Shown here one piece after another: positions 26,042 to 37,801 of a DNA stretch of 64,000 nucleotides. The DNA comes from Felis catus (lineage: Eukaryota), in NCBI RefSeq assembly GCF_018350175.1, contig NC_058368.1, forward strand, positions 34,598,001-34,662,000, given 5' to 3'. A program made the position numbers and the translations under genes. A model generated the notes under the pieces. The model was not told where the DNA came from. It did not search any database and saw nothing but the letters and a program-made list of their open reading frames with translations. Each line of letters opens with the position of its first letter. Positions within the stretch are counted from its first letter, which is position 1.

Positions 26042-28644
26042 TCTACAGGATGGGTTGCTGGGCTCCAATAGCCCCACAAGAGTTCATGCATCCTTGCTTC
26101 AACATCCTTTCTTTTATCTTCCTAAAGCATTCCTTTCTGTGCTCTGACCAGACTCCTGCACTCAGACTTCTGGTAAAGAGCAGGCATCAGTCTCAATGCC
26201 CACATGTGTGCCAATCCCTATCAAGACCATTGATCCGTTCTAAAGATTGGTGCTAAACCTCACAGCTGCTGCAGTGCCACAGGGTAGTCAAAATCCTGAC
26301 AGGCAGTGAGAGGTCAGGATTACTCTTCTGGAGGAAATCCCCATTCTTACCCTAAAAATTCACTTGAAAGAATCTCTTTCACTTTTCTTGTCATCTATCA
26401 TCTAACTTACTTGGAATGGGGTTGGTTGACCAGTTTTGCTGCCTTTTAGTAAATGACTGTATGGATTTATTTAAAAAACATTCTTTGGAATGGGTAGGTA
26501 TTTAATACCTATTGTCTTCAGCTTTAGACTTTAGCTAGAATTCTGAAGAAAAAATGCACTTAACCTTTTGACGCATTAGCTTTATCTTTACAAAACGTGG
26601 GGAAGGAATCAAAACTATTAACTTCAATCTATGTATAAATAGTGGGCAAAATAGAGTTGTAGTAAGTGATGCTGAAACAGTCCTTGGTACCCCAGTGCCC
26701 TACTGTTATGGAAAATACTTAACAGCATGAAAACAACTTAGTAGTCATAGAGTCACTGGTCCTATCATTTCAACCTCTGGATGCATCCATCCTAAATATG
26801 TTTATATAATCCTTGTTTCTATAGGAGTCTCAGTAAGGAAAATAAATCAAAATGCATGACTAACATAGTGCTGTCAATATTTATGACACCATGCAAATCT
26901 AATCCACATTGTTGGGGGGAAAAGAAAACTGCTCCTTTATAGTCCAATAGTTCTTAAATAATAAAGTTTACTTAGGACGATTAACCTTAGGAATGTTGCT
27001 TACGCATCTTAACCCTGATTTTTTAAATCATATCATATCTTCTTTTCATTTAGTAAGAATCTAGATGATTTGTAGACCCTTCTTTGATTGATGGTTTTGG
27101 AGCAGAGCTTTCACTGGGCTCCATTAACACAAAAGCACTAACACTGATGCTGAAAGGGATCTGTGTAGCTGTTTCCTTCTTTCCCCACAATGCTATCAAA
27201 ACATACTTTCCAAAGAGTCCCTCCAAATATGTTATTTGAGCATTACTCTGGGATCAGGGACCAAGAGTTGCTCATTTGAAAATCTAAATTGACCTTTAGT
27301 ATTTAAACACAATGATTAACAAATATTTCTTTCCTGTAAATTATCTTAAAACCTAGCCTAAAGAAATCAAGAACTTTAGAATTGCGAATGGAAATTTAAA
27401 ATACATGGATTCTATTGGTTCTTTTTAATACTACTCTGTTCCTGGGTGCTCTGCACGAGTTAATACACTTCAGATACTGCTTACTGTCCCAGCAGAGAAT
27501 TGAGATGCCTTATACAAACATATAATATAGCAACCTAAAATGTATGGTTTCATAAGTAAAACAGTAAGTATATTTAGCTAATTGAAGGTAGTTAATTAAT
27601 GAAGGGAGAATTAAGGTTATAAAGTATCATTTCAGAAAGGATGTCTGGTGATACAGTAGGCTGGTGTTTTGGGAAGAATTATATCTATACCAAGAAGAAG
27701 AAAATGTATATGAATCCTGAATATTTTTTAATGGGACATGACACCACTTTTCAAAATAAGTCATGTACAAATATTTTAAAACCCTCACTGGGAAGAAATT
27801 GTTTTAAAGAATTAGTAAGTTAATTATAATGCATATCATATCTATGCCTTCCTTTTCATTTTCCTTGAGAGAAGTAGACAATTACTTGTTACTGTAGACT
27901 GTAAGAGAAGCCTCAAACATTTGAAGGCTGTAATCACCCTTGACACTTCTTTAAAAAATAAACAAAAAAAATCTTCCTGTTTCTACCTTGACTTTTTTAT
28001 ATGTTCTATATTTTGATGTATTGACCATTTTGAATGTCTTCATAGTTTTTTCTGAGTTTTCAATAAAAATAAACTGTGGGTCCAAGATCTGACTTCCGGA
28101 GTACCTCTGAAGAGACTGATATGCTTATTACTGAATTTTCTCCTGGGATATTGAATCATTCCTGATCATTTATCTTTCCCTAGAGGATCTTTTTTTGGGG
28201 TGAATAAATGGCCAATCCGTGCTTAATTCTGCTATTTAGACACTTCTATAGTCAAGATTTTTCTTAAATTGCCCACCCTTGCCTTCATGTGTGAAGATGC
28301 CTTCGCTAATGCTGAAGGAGTATGAAAAGGGATGGCAGTCGTGCATTTTTTTTTTTTTTTGGAATAGACATTAAGGGACTTCTCTGAAAGAAACTACTCA
28401 TTTAAAATCTAGCACTTCTTGAAATTCCATTTCCTTCCTCCTAATATTCAACATCTTGCATCTGGCTTACCTTATTTTTAATACTGCTGAACAAAAATTT
28501 GATTTGCTCTTCAATAATAGCTGTAAACTTTAAAATAATATACAACAGTGATTTTTGAATATCTGTAGGCTGTATCCACTGCATTGGAAATACTTTAAGG
28601 ACATGGACTACACACATCTATTCATTTTTATGCTAGCACTTGGG

Positions 28645-28810
28645 TTTCATTCATTCACTTAACACATATATATATCAAATACTACTATGTGTCAGACCCT
28701 GTTCTAAGGTTACAAAACAAAAATACTTGCCCTCAGGAAGCTTACATTTTGCTGCCTAATACATGGAGATATACAATAAACATTAGGTTGCTTTATTGAA
28801 TGAGTGAATA
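28645..28810. mobile_element. Two L2 3'-end relics in opposite orientation
   Basis: ttcattcattcac...tactatgtgtcagaccctgttctaagg...tgccctcaggaagcttaca (minus) followed by tgcctaatacat...caataaacatt...ttgaatgagtgaat (plus). Confidence 0.6.
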
Positions 28811-29793
28811 AGTAAGTGAATTAGTGGCTCCAGAAATAATTCCTATGTTTGTAAAATGGTTTCAAAATAGCTAGTTTTTCACCTCTGAAGACAAATCACT
28901 AATAAGTGGTATAAGTTCTCCATGAGCATTTTATACAGCATTTTTATTTTGTGTGTGTTTCCCTTTCTTTACTCATTTTCATCTCTTTGTGCAGCCATTA
29001 AAAGAAGTGATTATTTATTATTAATTATGAATTTTTCCCCAGAGGACAGCTATATTGAAAGCCAATCATTGCCATCCCCAAATCTAAAAAGTGATGCCAT
29101 TAAATAGACTCCATGCTTGTGCTGCTGCTCTAGGAAAAGTAGTGATGATATAAAAAATGTCCTGACTGCAGATATCTTATATAGAGAGGTGATATATAGA
29201 CATATAAATGAATCCAATGTAATTGTATTTAATATTTTGATCTGGCATGAAGATACAAATGAACTGCTAATTATGCACCCTCTGCAAAATAACCACAGAT
29301 CAAATTTTCCTTATTTGCTTCATAAATTCAATCACATGCAGCAAAGTGCTCATGTATTTTACTAAACTGTCATTTATTTTGGTTTGGTTATGTAGTCATT
29401 TTTATTCATTCACTTGCTCTTCCACTTTTTCAGTGTATTTTAATGTTCCAACTAATCTATGTTACACTGATCTCTGTCCTCACCATGCTTTCACACATGA
29501 AGGAGAGGACTCCATAGGTCATCATTGCTATTATATATCCTTTAAAATCATCACTATTACTAATTGGGTCAGATATAGTTCCCACTGTGATGAATGTGTT
29601 AAACTTAACACAAATTATTCATTTTTAGTATTTATTTAGTATATACACATATTTTAGTCTGTAGTATCCATTTTAGCAATTATTGGGGTACTTTTGTATT
29701 ATTATAAATTATTTAGTGTTACTATAAAACATTTACTTTTAATATTATTGTTAGGGTTATGAATGCAAAAATAATTTTGAGTTGATAGGATTC

Positions 29794-29817
29794 CTTTTTT
29801 TTTTAGATTTATTTATT

Positions 29818-29858
<41 letters not shown>

Positions 29859-30055
29859 ATGCTAGAGCAAGTTGGGGAGGGGCAGAGAGAAAGCGAGAGA
29901 GGGAGAGATAGAATCTCAAGCAGGCTCTGTACTGGCAGCATGGAGCCCGACACGGGCTCAGACTTACAAACCGTAAGATCATGACCTGAGCCAAATTCAA
30001 GAGTCAGTCAGTCGCTTAAAAGCTTACTAACCAACTGATCCGAACAGGTGACCCA
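29794..30055 (-). mobile_element. SINEC (diverged head)
   Basis: (GA)n, gaatctcaagcaggctctgtact...agatcatgacctgagcc. Confidence 0.92.
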
Positions 30056-30187
30056 AGCTGGGAAGATTCCTAAAGACCACAGAGTTCAGTTCTTTTATTT
30101 TCAGGTGATATCTAACTTACTAAAGTAACTAAGCATCCAGTTGCTTTTGAGTTACACAAGATTTGGTAACCTAGTAGGTATATTATG

Positions 30188-30190
<3 letters not shown>

Positions 30191-30233
<43 letters not shown>

Positions 30234-30240
30234 CACACAT
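30191..30240. repeat. (TA)n/(CA)n microsatellite
   Basis: Visible directly. Confidence 0.95.
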
Positions 30241-30814
30241 ATAATTCATTAGGGTGCAAATATATATAATACATATATTTACATATATATTCATAAGGGT
30301 GCAAATTGGAATTTTTCAAATATTGTGAATAGTACTAATTTCCAAATACTTGAGAGAGATCTTTCTATAGCTACAATGGTTTGTTCAGAATTATTTATAG
30401 TCCATGCTATGTATAGCATGACAGGTGATTTAAGATAGAGTTGCAGACTTTTACTGAAGAACAGACTTTTAGAATAAAAGTTAGCATCTCGCCATCCAAT
30501 GCACACATTCTCATGAGTGCTCTCATATTCAACATATGAACTATCAGAGTAATCATTTACCATGGATGACTCTGATGGATGAGTTACTCATTTCTGCCTA
30601 ATGGACCACTCAGCATTTCAATTCAGCAGTAACTAAGCATATTCTTTATAGTTTTCAATGATCAAACACCTAGTATATTGCTAAGTCCTTAGGGGTACTC
30701 AGTAGTTCTTTGATGATGATTTTGCTTATAAGCCAAATCAATTAGGGAAGCAGAAAATAGAAAAATGAACAATAGTAAAATCTTACATATTTTGGTACTC
30801 CAATATTAACTTTA

Positions 30815-31046
30815 TTTATTTTTTTTTTAATTTTTTTTTTCAACGTTTATTTATTTTTTTTGGGACAGAGAGAGACAGAGCATGAACGGGGGAGGGGCAG
30901 AGAGAGAGGGAGACACAGAATCGGAAACAGGCTCCAGGCTCTGAGCCATCAGCCCAGAGCCTGACGCGGGGCTCGAACTCAGGGACCGCGAGATCGTGAC
31001 CTGGCTGAAGTCGGACGCTTAACCGACTGCGCCACCCAGGCGCCCC
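30815..31046 (-). mobile_element. Young SINEC_Fc with perfect 16-bp TSD
   Basis: CpG-rich gacgcggggctcgaactc...gaccgcgagatcgtgacctggctgaagtcggacgcttaaccgactgcgccacccaggcgcccc; TSD tccaatattaacttta at 30799-30814 and 31047-31062. Confidence 0.97.
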
Positions 31047-31232
31047 TCCAATATTAACTTTAAAGAAAACTGGTACATTTGTCCTCTAAACCTGTAACTA
31101 TAATTCAAAAAAAGAAAACTGTTCAAAATTAATTAATATATATGTGTGCTGTATATGAGAGATAACTTTAATGAAAGCTTTTTGCAAGATGTTTTAGACC
31201 TTTAAGATGATATATCTATATCTTAGCTTTAA

Positions 31233-31427
31233 TAATAACTATTATTACATTGATAATAGTGTATTAAGTCTACAATACTTCCTATGCATTATATTTTAGA
31301 GTATTTTTAATTAAAGATTCTCAATATGTTCAAACAAAAAATAGTATGTATAATTTAAGGTTCACGTACTATTTTTTGTTTGAAAAATAGACTTAATACA
31401 CTATTATCAATGTAATAATAGTTATTA
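31233..31427. repeat. Nested inverted repeat (40-bp perfect outer arms, 21-bp inner arms)
   Basis: 31233-31272 is the exact reverse complement of 31388-31427; 31329-31349 pairs with 31364-31384 with one mismatch. Confidence 0.95.
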
Positions 31428-32419
31428 AATAACTTCATTTTATTAAATATCTCTTCATTTCTTATTTTGCAACTAATATTTGGTGATAGATTTGTAGTCA
31501 CATCTACTCATAACCTATTTTTACATGATATAGACCTAGTCATGCCAATGAATATGTGAGTAATATGTCATTTTAAATTATTAAATGTCATATGTAAATA
31601 GAAGAATGTGAAAATTTAAAGATATAAAGATTTCTTTAAAATCCCCATATTTACTGAGTCCGATTTTCAATGTATATATGGAGTAACACAGAACTCTATT
31701 TTGCCCATTTAATGCCATGGGTTAGCTTTATGTATTTTGTACATGTGAATTTGGACTTTACTCTTTCTGGAATCAGAATTAATTTATGGTATAATATGGA
31801 GTATCAGAATGCAAACAAATTTAACATTGTCAAGAAATATTCCCTACAGTCTGCTATTTACATTGGTTAACCCATATTGTGGACTATAGAGTCTTGGTAA
31901 TATTTAAATTAACTACACAGTCTGTGTAGGCATCAAGTTTTGTTAAATACTTGAAAAGTTTCTATTCCTTAAAATGCTGTACTATAGCTATATTGGTTGC
32001 GGGGGGGAGGGGGTGGGCAGTGACTAACCCCATATAATGGAATGAGAATAATACACATTTTACCATACAAGTAACTAAGGAATTTACACATGCAGTAAAA
32101 TAGATGATGTAAACAAAAATAAGAATTTGTTATTAATTTTTAGTTCTTCCATGCTAGTCTAAGAAATAGATGAAAGCCCTTAGTCAGTAGAGGAAAACAT
32201 CTCCATTCTGGTTGTTTTCCCATAAGTTTTCACATGTTCTTTTGGATCTACACCTGCTGAGCCAAGAACCTTAATTTGTTACAGAAACCTATTACTATAT
32301 GCACATTTTACCCAGTGTCAGCTGATGGCAGTATTTAAAGTATGTTTCATGTTCCACACCTGTAGTGTGGGGTGCTCCCTATATAATGCCTATCTGTGCT
32401 GATGATTTGGGTTGTTTGC

Positions 32420-32878
32420 TACATTGGTTTCCTAGGACTGCCCTAACAAAATATCACAAACTGGTGGCTTAAAACAACAGAAATGTATTGTCTCACAATT
32501 CTGGAGCCTACAAGTCTGAAATTAAGTTGTCAGTATGGACATATTCCCTCTGAGACTTTGGCTAGAATCCTTCCCTGTGTCTTCCTAGCTTCTGGTGATG
32601 GCCATTAATCTTTGGTGTTCCCTGGCTACATCACTTCTATTTTTGCTTCTGTCATCACGTTGGCCATCTTCCCTGTTTATGTCTGTATCTCTTTCCTCCT
32701 TTTCTTAGGAGGACAACAGTTGTATTGGATTTGGGCTCACTTTAGTAGAGTATAACCTCATTTTAACTTGATTACATTTGTAAAGACTCTTTCTAAATAA
32801 ATTCATATTTACAGATATTAGTAGTTAGGACGTCAACATATCTTTTTTAGGGTGGGGAACACAGCTCAATCCATAACA
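32420..32878 (-). mobile_element. MaLR solo LTR (MLT1B/MLT1C-like)
   Basis: tttcctaggactgccctaacaaa...ggcttaaaacaacagaaatgtattgtctcacaattctggag...gggaacacagctcaatccataaca. Confidence 0.9.
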
Positions 32879-33009
32879 CTTGGTATTGGAGGAATGACTC
32901 CACTTGTTGTTTTAGGCCCTGTGGATCTGATCCCATATTGAGTGCTGTGTGTCTTTACTGTCCCTTCCATTTCACTGAATCATTTCCTGACTTGAGAATG
33001 ACTTGAGAA

Positions 33010-33334
33010 CATATGTTGAAATTCTAATCCTCCATGTGATGGTATTAATGGTTGGCGCCTCTGAGAGGTGATTAAGTAATAGGGGCAGAGCCCTCATTAA
33101 TGGGATTAATGCTTATAAAAAAGGCTCCAGAAAGATCTTTTTTCCCCCTCTACCATATGAGGACACTGCAAAAAAAACCACTGGTTGCCTATGAACCAGG
33201 AAATTTTCACCAGACATGAATTCTCACCATGATCTTGGATTTCCCAGCTTTCAGAAGTATGAGATATAGATGCTTATTGTTTGTAAGCCACTCAGTCTGT
33301 GGTGTTGTTATAGCAGCCTGACTGGAGTAAGATA
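33010..33334 (+). mobile_element. MaLR solo LTR (MLT1A-like)
   Basis: catatgttgaaattctaatc...agagccctcattaatgggattaatg...tgatcttggatttcccagc...taagccactcagtctgtggt...tatagcagcc. Confidence 0.88.
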
Positions 33335-34655
33335 ACTGTCTTCCATCTTTGCTAATGTCATTACACTCCCTATAGGATTGAGAATCTGCAAAATTTGGAG
33401 GTACCATTCCTCCCTGGGCCAGATCAGAGTTTGATTTTTTTTCTTTTTTTAAATCATGGTAAGAAAGGTCCAAAGATTTGGAGACAGAGTATGCTCAAGG
33501 TATTTGCATGACCTTTTCTCTCTTTAGAAGGACAAACCCAGATAATAGCCACTTACTACTACTTGCTCATTTTCAAATCTTTGCCATAATATCAGAAACT
33601 GCAGTGATTCAAAGAATCCTGGGAACAGGCACTGATACTGCTGAGAGACTGGTGATGTTTGCAAAAGAAAATGACCTCAGCCAAACTCTACTAAGGAAAC
33701 TTCATTCACCATTTTAGCAAGAAGGAATCAGTGATTTGACCCTTTTATTATATTCTTAGGGCAGGAATGTCAGCTCTTTATTTTTTCCCTAGGGTAAGAT
33801 GGTGTGTCCCTGGTGAAATTTAATTACAAATCCTGCCTTATCTTCATGGAAACCAATCACAACCTTGCCCTTGTTGAAATGAGTTATTCTCTAATGGATT
33901 TAGGAAGAAATACATATCAAAAGAGCTACATAAAGTGCCTCAAGCAGGGAATATCTATGTTATTCATTCTCCTTCATGCTGATATGCATATATCTTAGAG
34001 TAAGAGGTTCTAGGTTAGCATGAATATAGTGCTTAAGAAAAGTGATGGTAAACTTTTTTTTTTTTTTTTTTTTTTTGCTGGCATTTTTATATAACTGACA
34101 GGGTGGCATTTAGGACATCTTCAGTGATATTTTCCCCAAATATTATGTACTACATTTTTACATATCATTTGTTGTAGTAGTAGGAGTGATTCCTATTCAT
34201 CCATTTTAATGTAGAATAATAAGAGCTACAATCTATCCTAAAATGAGACACACCTTTGTAAAATCCTATAGATGATGATTTTCATATTTGGAATTGACAA
34301 GTTTCACAGTGAAAGTTAGAGTTCATTTTTTCCACATGCCGACTAGTACAGATCAAATTGACATAAACTGGCAACAAATCAATACAAAAATTTAAAGGAA
34401 GCATTTCATTTTTTGAATATAGTTTTAATATTTTATATTTTAGATGCTAAAACCTATTAAGAGTTAGACTAGAAAAATTTAATTTCCTTCCAATAAAAGT
34501 GGAGTTAATACAAACTTAACATTAAACTATTTTAATGTAAAATGTAAGATTTTGATTTTCTCATCACACTTACTTTAAGTCAACTGTCTTGAAAAGTGAA
34601 ATATAATGAACATATATTAAACACACAAATCCTAAGTGCTCATGTGTATACATTT

Positions 34656-34686
<31 letters not shown>

Positions 34687-34827
34687 TACGCCAGTGTAAT
34701 CAAGTTAATAAACAGGTTACAAACACCTTTTTACTCTTTCCCAGTAACTATTCCTCTGCTCACTAAAGGTAAGTACCATTCTGACTTCTTTCATCATAGA
34801 TTAGTTTTGTGTATTTCTGAAAAACAC

Positions 34828-35001
34828 AGTCAGTTAAGCATCCAACTCTTAATTTCAGCTCAGGTCATGATTTCATGGTTGTGGGATCCATCCCCACACT
34901 GGGAAGTATGGGGGAGCATACTCACATGCTGTGAGCATGGAGCTTACTTAAGATTCTCTCTTCCTCTCTTTCTGCCCCTCTCCTCTACTCACACAGTTTC
35001 T

Positions 35002-35032
<31 letters not shown>

Positions 35033-35043
35033 CATTAAAAAAA
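34828..35043 (+). mobile_element. SINEC lacking its extreme 5' end
   Basis: cagttaagcatccaactcttaatttcagctcaggtcatga...ctcaaaataaataaataaacatt. Confidence 0.9.
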
Positions 35044-35469
35044 ATAAGTCCAAGCAAATATTGCAGATGCAGTTTTAGAAAGATAAAAAAAAAACAAAGA
35101 AACAGAAGCAGAGCACATACTATATCTCTAAGAATACTTAAAAGCTCCTGTGTAGAAAACAAACTAAAAAGCAGATAATAAATAAGCATGACTGTATATC
35201 ATTGCTGATATCAGAGATAATTGTGATTAAATTCACTAAAACATTAGAAATGTAATTAAATAAAACTTGTTTTTAAGATGCATGTTCAATAATAGCATAT
35301 ATTATGGATAGTGTCTTAATAAATGAACACAATAAAAAGTTAAGTTACTATCCTGAATCATCATTCAGCACACAATATTAATTCTCTAGTGAAATTTTCA
35401 TCTTTGATATATGGCCTAAATATTCTTAACAGAATACTTTTTCCCCACAAACTAATTTGTCGTTACTTA

Positions 35470-35675
35470 TTCTTTTGTTTTTAAGTTTATTTATTTTGAG
35501 AGAGAGAAAGAGAGTGTGAGTGGGGGCAGGGCAGACAAAGAGGGAGAGAATCCCAAGCAGGCTCTGGGCTGTCAGTATGGAGCCAGAGGCAGGACTTGAT
35601 CTCATGAAATGAGATCACTACCCGAGCCGAAATCAAAAGTCAGATGCTTAATTGACTGAGCCACCCAGGTGCCCC
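35470..35675 (-). mobile_element. SINEC
   Basis: gaatcccaagcaggctctgggctgtcag...gactgagccacccaggtgcccc; tacttatt on both flanks. Confidence 0.93.
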
Positions 35676-36902
35676 TGTACTTATTTTTTCTGAGTCTTAA
35701 TATCAGATTGTAAGTCTCTAAATTCTGCTATTTCAACATGTTGCCTACTATTTCAAAATTACTCAATGGAAAAAAATAATCTATGAACACACTGGATTAA
35801 TACATTTTCTAATCACAGTTGATTTTTTCCCAGAGAAACTTCAAGTCAGAACTAGACAGATCAGTGCCAGAATCACACAGTTCCTATTAGCAACAAGAGA
35901 GTAAAAGTAGTAATTGTTAAAAGAACATCATTATGTGGTCAAAGATAAATACAAGTTTGTCATCAATAAGATATCAGGAGTAAAATTAAGCTAATTTTTA
36001 TAATGTGGCATAATTTTTGTATCTGTTTACTGAATTTGATGTCAGATGTATCATTGCTCATACTTAAATTTTCTAGGAAGGTAAGTAATATTGGTATAAA
36101 GAGCAAAGCATTTGGAGTCACTTATGGGTTTGGATTCTATTTTTATAATTCATTTTGTGCTTAATCTTACAGTTTTATTTCCATATGTATAAATTATGTT
36201 GCTGACATTATTTATCATTTAGACTTAAATGACTAGTGTAAAACACCCACAAAGTACCTGTCAGAATTCTTGCCTCAAACTAAACATCCAAGATATGCTA
36301 CTTTTTCTCTTCCCCTTGTGTTAATGTTGCTAAATTATCTTTTATTTATTGTAGTTTTTATTCATTCTAATGTTCACCTTGTAGCCACTACAGTTGGTGT
36401 ATAAGTTGAATTATTTTCTACAGAGTTTGATATCAATTATTTTCCTCTTTAAGAATAACTCCCTTTAAAAAGTGAAATCATGTGGAAAAGTTGGAATATA
36501 AATAAAACATCTCACTGAGAAAAAAAAATCATAAGTAGTCTTTTTGACCAAGGACTAAATTGCAACAATGTGGTATAACCTGTGTCTGAGTCTCTTGAAG
36601 GCTCAAGGGAATATGGTGACAATGGACCTCAGTCTGACTTGGAGAATTTTAAGGAGTTCTATAATCAGATAAGGTACACTTTTTAAACATAAGTACAGGC
36701 AATATAGTTCATGAAATACTGCACCAAAATAGAACATTTTACAAGGCTAATGACAAACTGTATTCCCTTTCTTTATTATGAGCAATTTTTATTGCTGTTA
36801 TCCTGTCCAGAACCATATAGAAGCTACAAAATACAAGTCACACTTCCAGTTCAAAGACATAAATTACAGAAAACCCATTTTGGAGTCAGATTTCAGAATT
36901 AG

Positions 36903-37123
36903 GTTTTTTTGTTTTTTTTTTTTCATGTTTATTCTTTATTTTGAGAGAGAGAGAGAGAGAGAGCATGTGCATGAACAGGAGAGGGGGAGAGAGAGAATCC
37001 CAAGCAGGCTCCATGCTCTCGGTGCAAAGCCTGATGTGGTGCTCAATCTCATAAACTGTGAGATCATGACCTGAGCTGAAATCAAGAGTTGGAAGTTTAT
37101 CCAACTGAGCCACCCAGATGCCC
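36903..37123 (-). mobile_element. SINEC
   Basis: gagaatcccaagcaggctccatgct...aactgagccacccagatgcccc. Confidence 0.93.
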
Positions 37124-37465
37124 CTGCCCCCACCTTTAAAAAAAATCATCTTCCATTCCTCGGTACCCAAAGTGGTGCAGAAGATTGGTCTTCTACTATC
37201 AGGTTACCCAGGTGAAGATTTATTGTTGATGACAAAGAAAACTCCACTACTTGAATTAGCCACAGGCCTGCATAGGCTTCTCTGTTCAGGTTGTGGGTGA
37301 ACATGGGCAGCACTTTGAGGGCTGAAGTTAGAGAATAATGAAGTGATGTTCTGGTATCAGAGACAATATTTTTTAAAAGCCAGACCCAAGACCAAGCTTC
37401 TGTTTGCATTTTTTTTTCTGCATAGACTTTCCTTTTTTTTTGTTTTCCCAAGAGTTCCCATTTTA

Positions 37466-37655
37466 AGGCCCCTGGGTGGCCCAGTGGCTTAAGTGTCCAA
37501 CTCTTGATTTCAACTCAGGTCATGATCAGGTGTGAGATCAAGCTCCATGCTCAGCATGGAGTCTGCTTATGATTCCCTCTCTCCCTCTCTCTCTGCCCCT
37601 CCTCCACTCCCTTCCTTCTCTCTGTCTCTCTAAAAACATTACCAAAAAAAAAAAA
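37466..37655 (+). mobile_element. SINEC with internal deletion
   Basis: cctgggtggcccagtggcttaagtgtccaactcttgatttc...gagtctgcttatgattccctctc, A tail. Confidence 0.88.
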
Positions 37656-37801
37656 GAGAGGGCCGTTTCCTATATTCCTTTTCTCCTTGAGTTGCATTAA
37701 CAAAGAGCTCCTTTAGTAATCATAACTTCAAGTTGAGTCAGGATTTGAGCAGAAGAGGTAGGAGAAGTTGTAAGAGGGTAAAATAAAAGAAGCTTTCCCA
37801 C

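Noticed and set aside
28645..28810. Inverted L2 pair as a mir-28/mir-151-type hairpin
   Set aside because: The L2 3' ends point outward rather than meeting, and pairing looks poor by eye.
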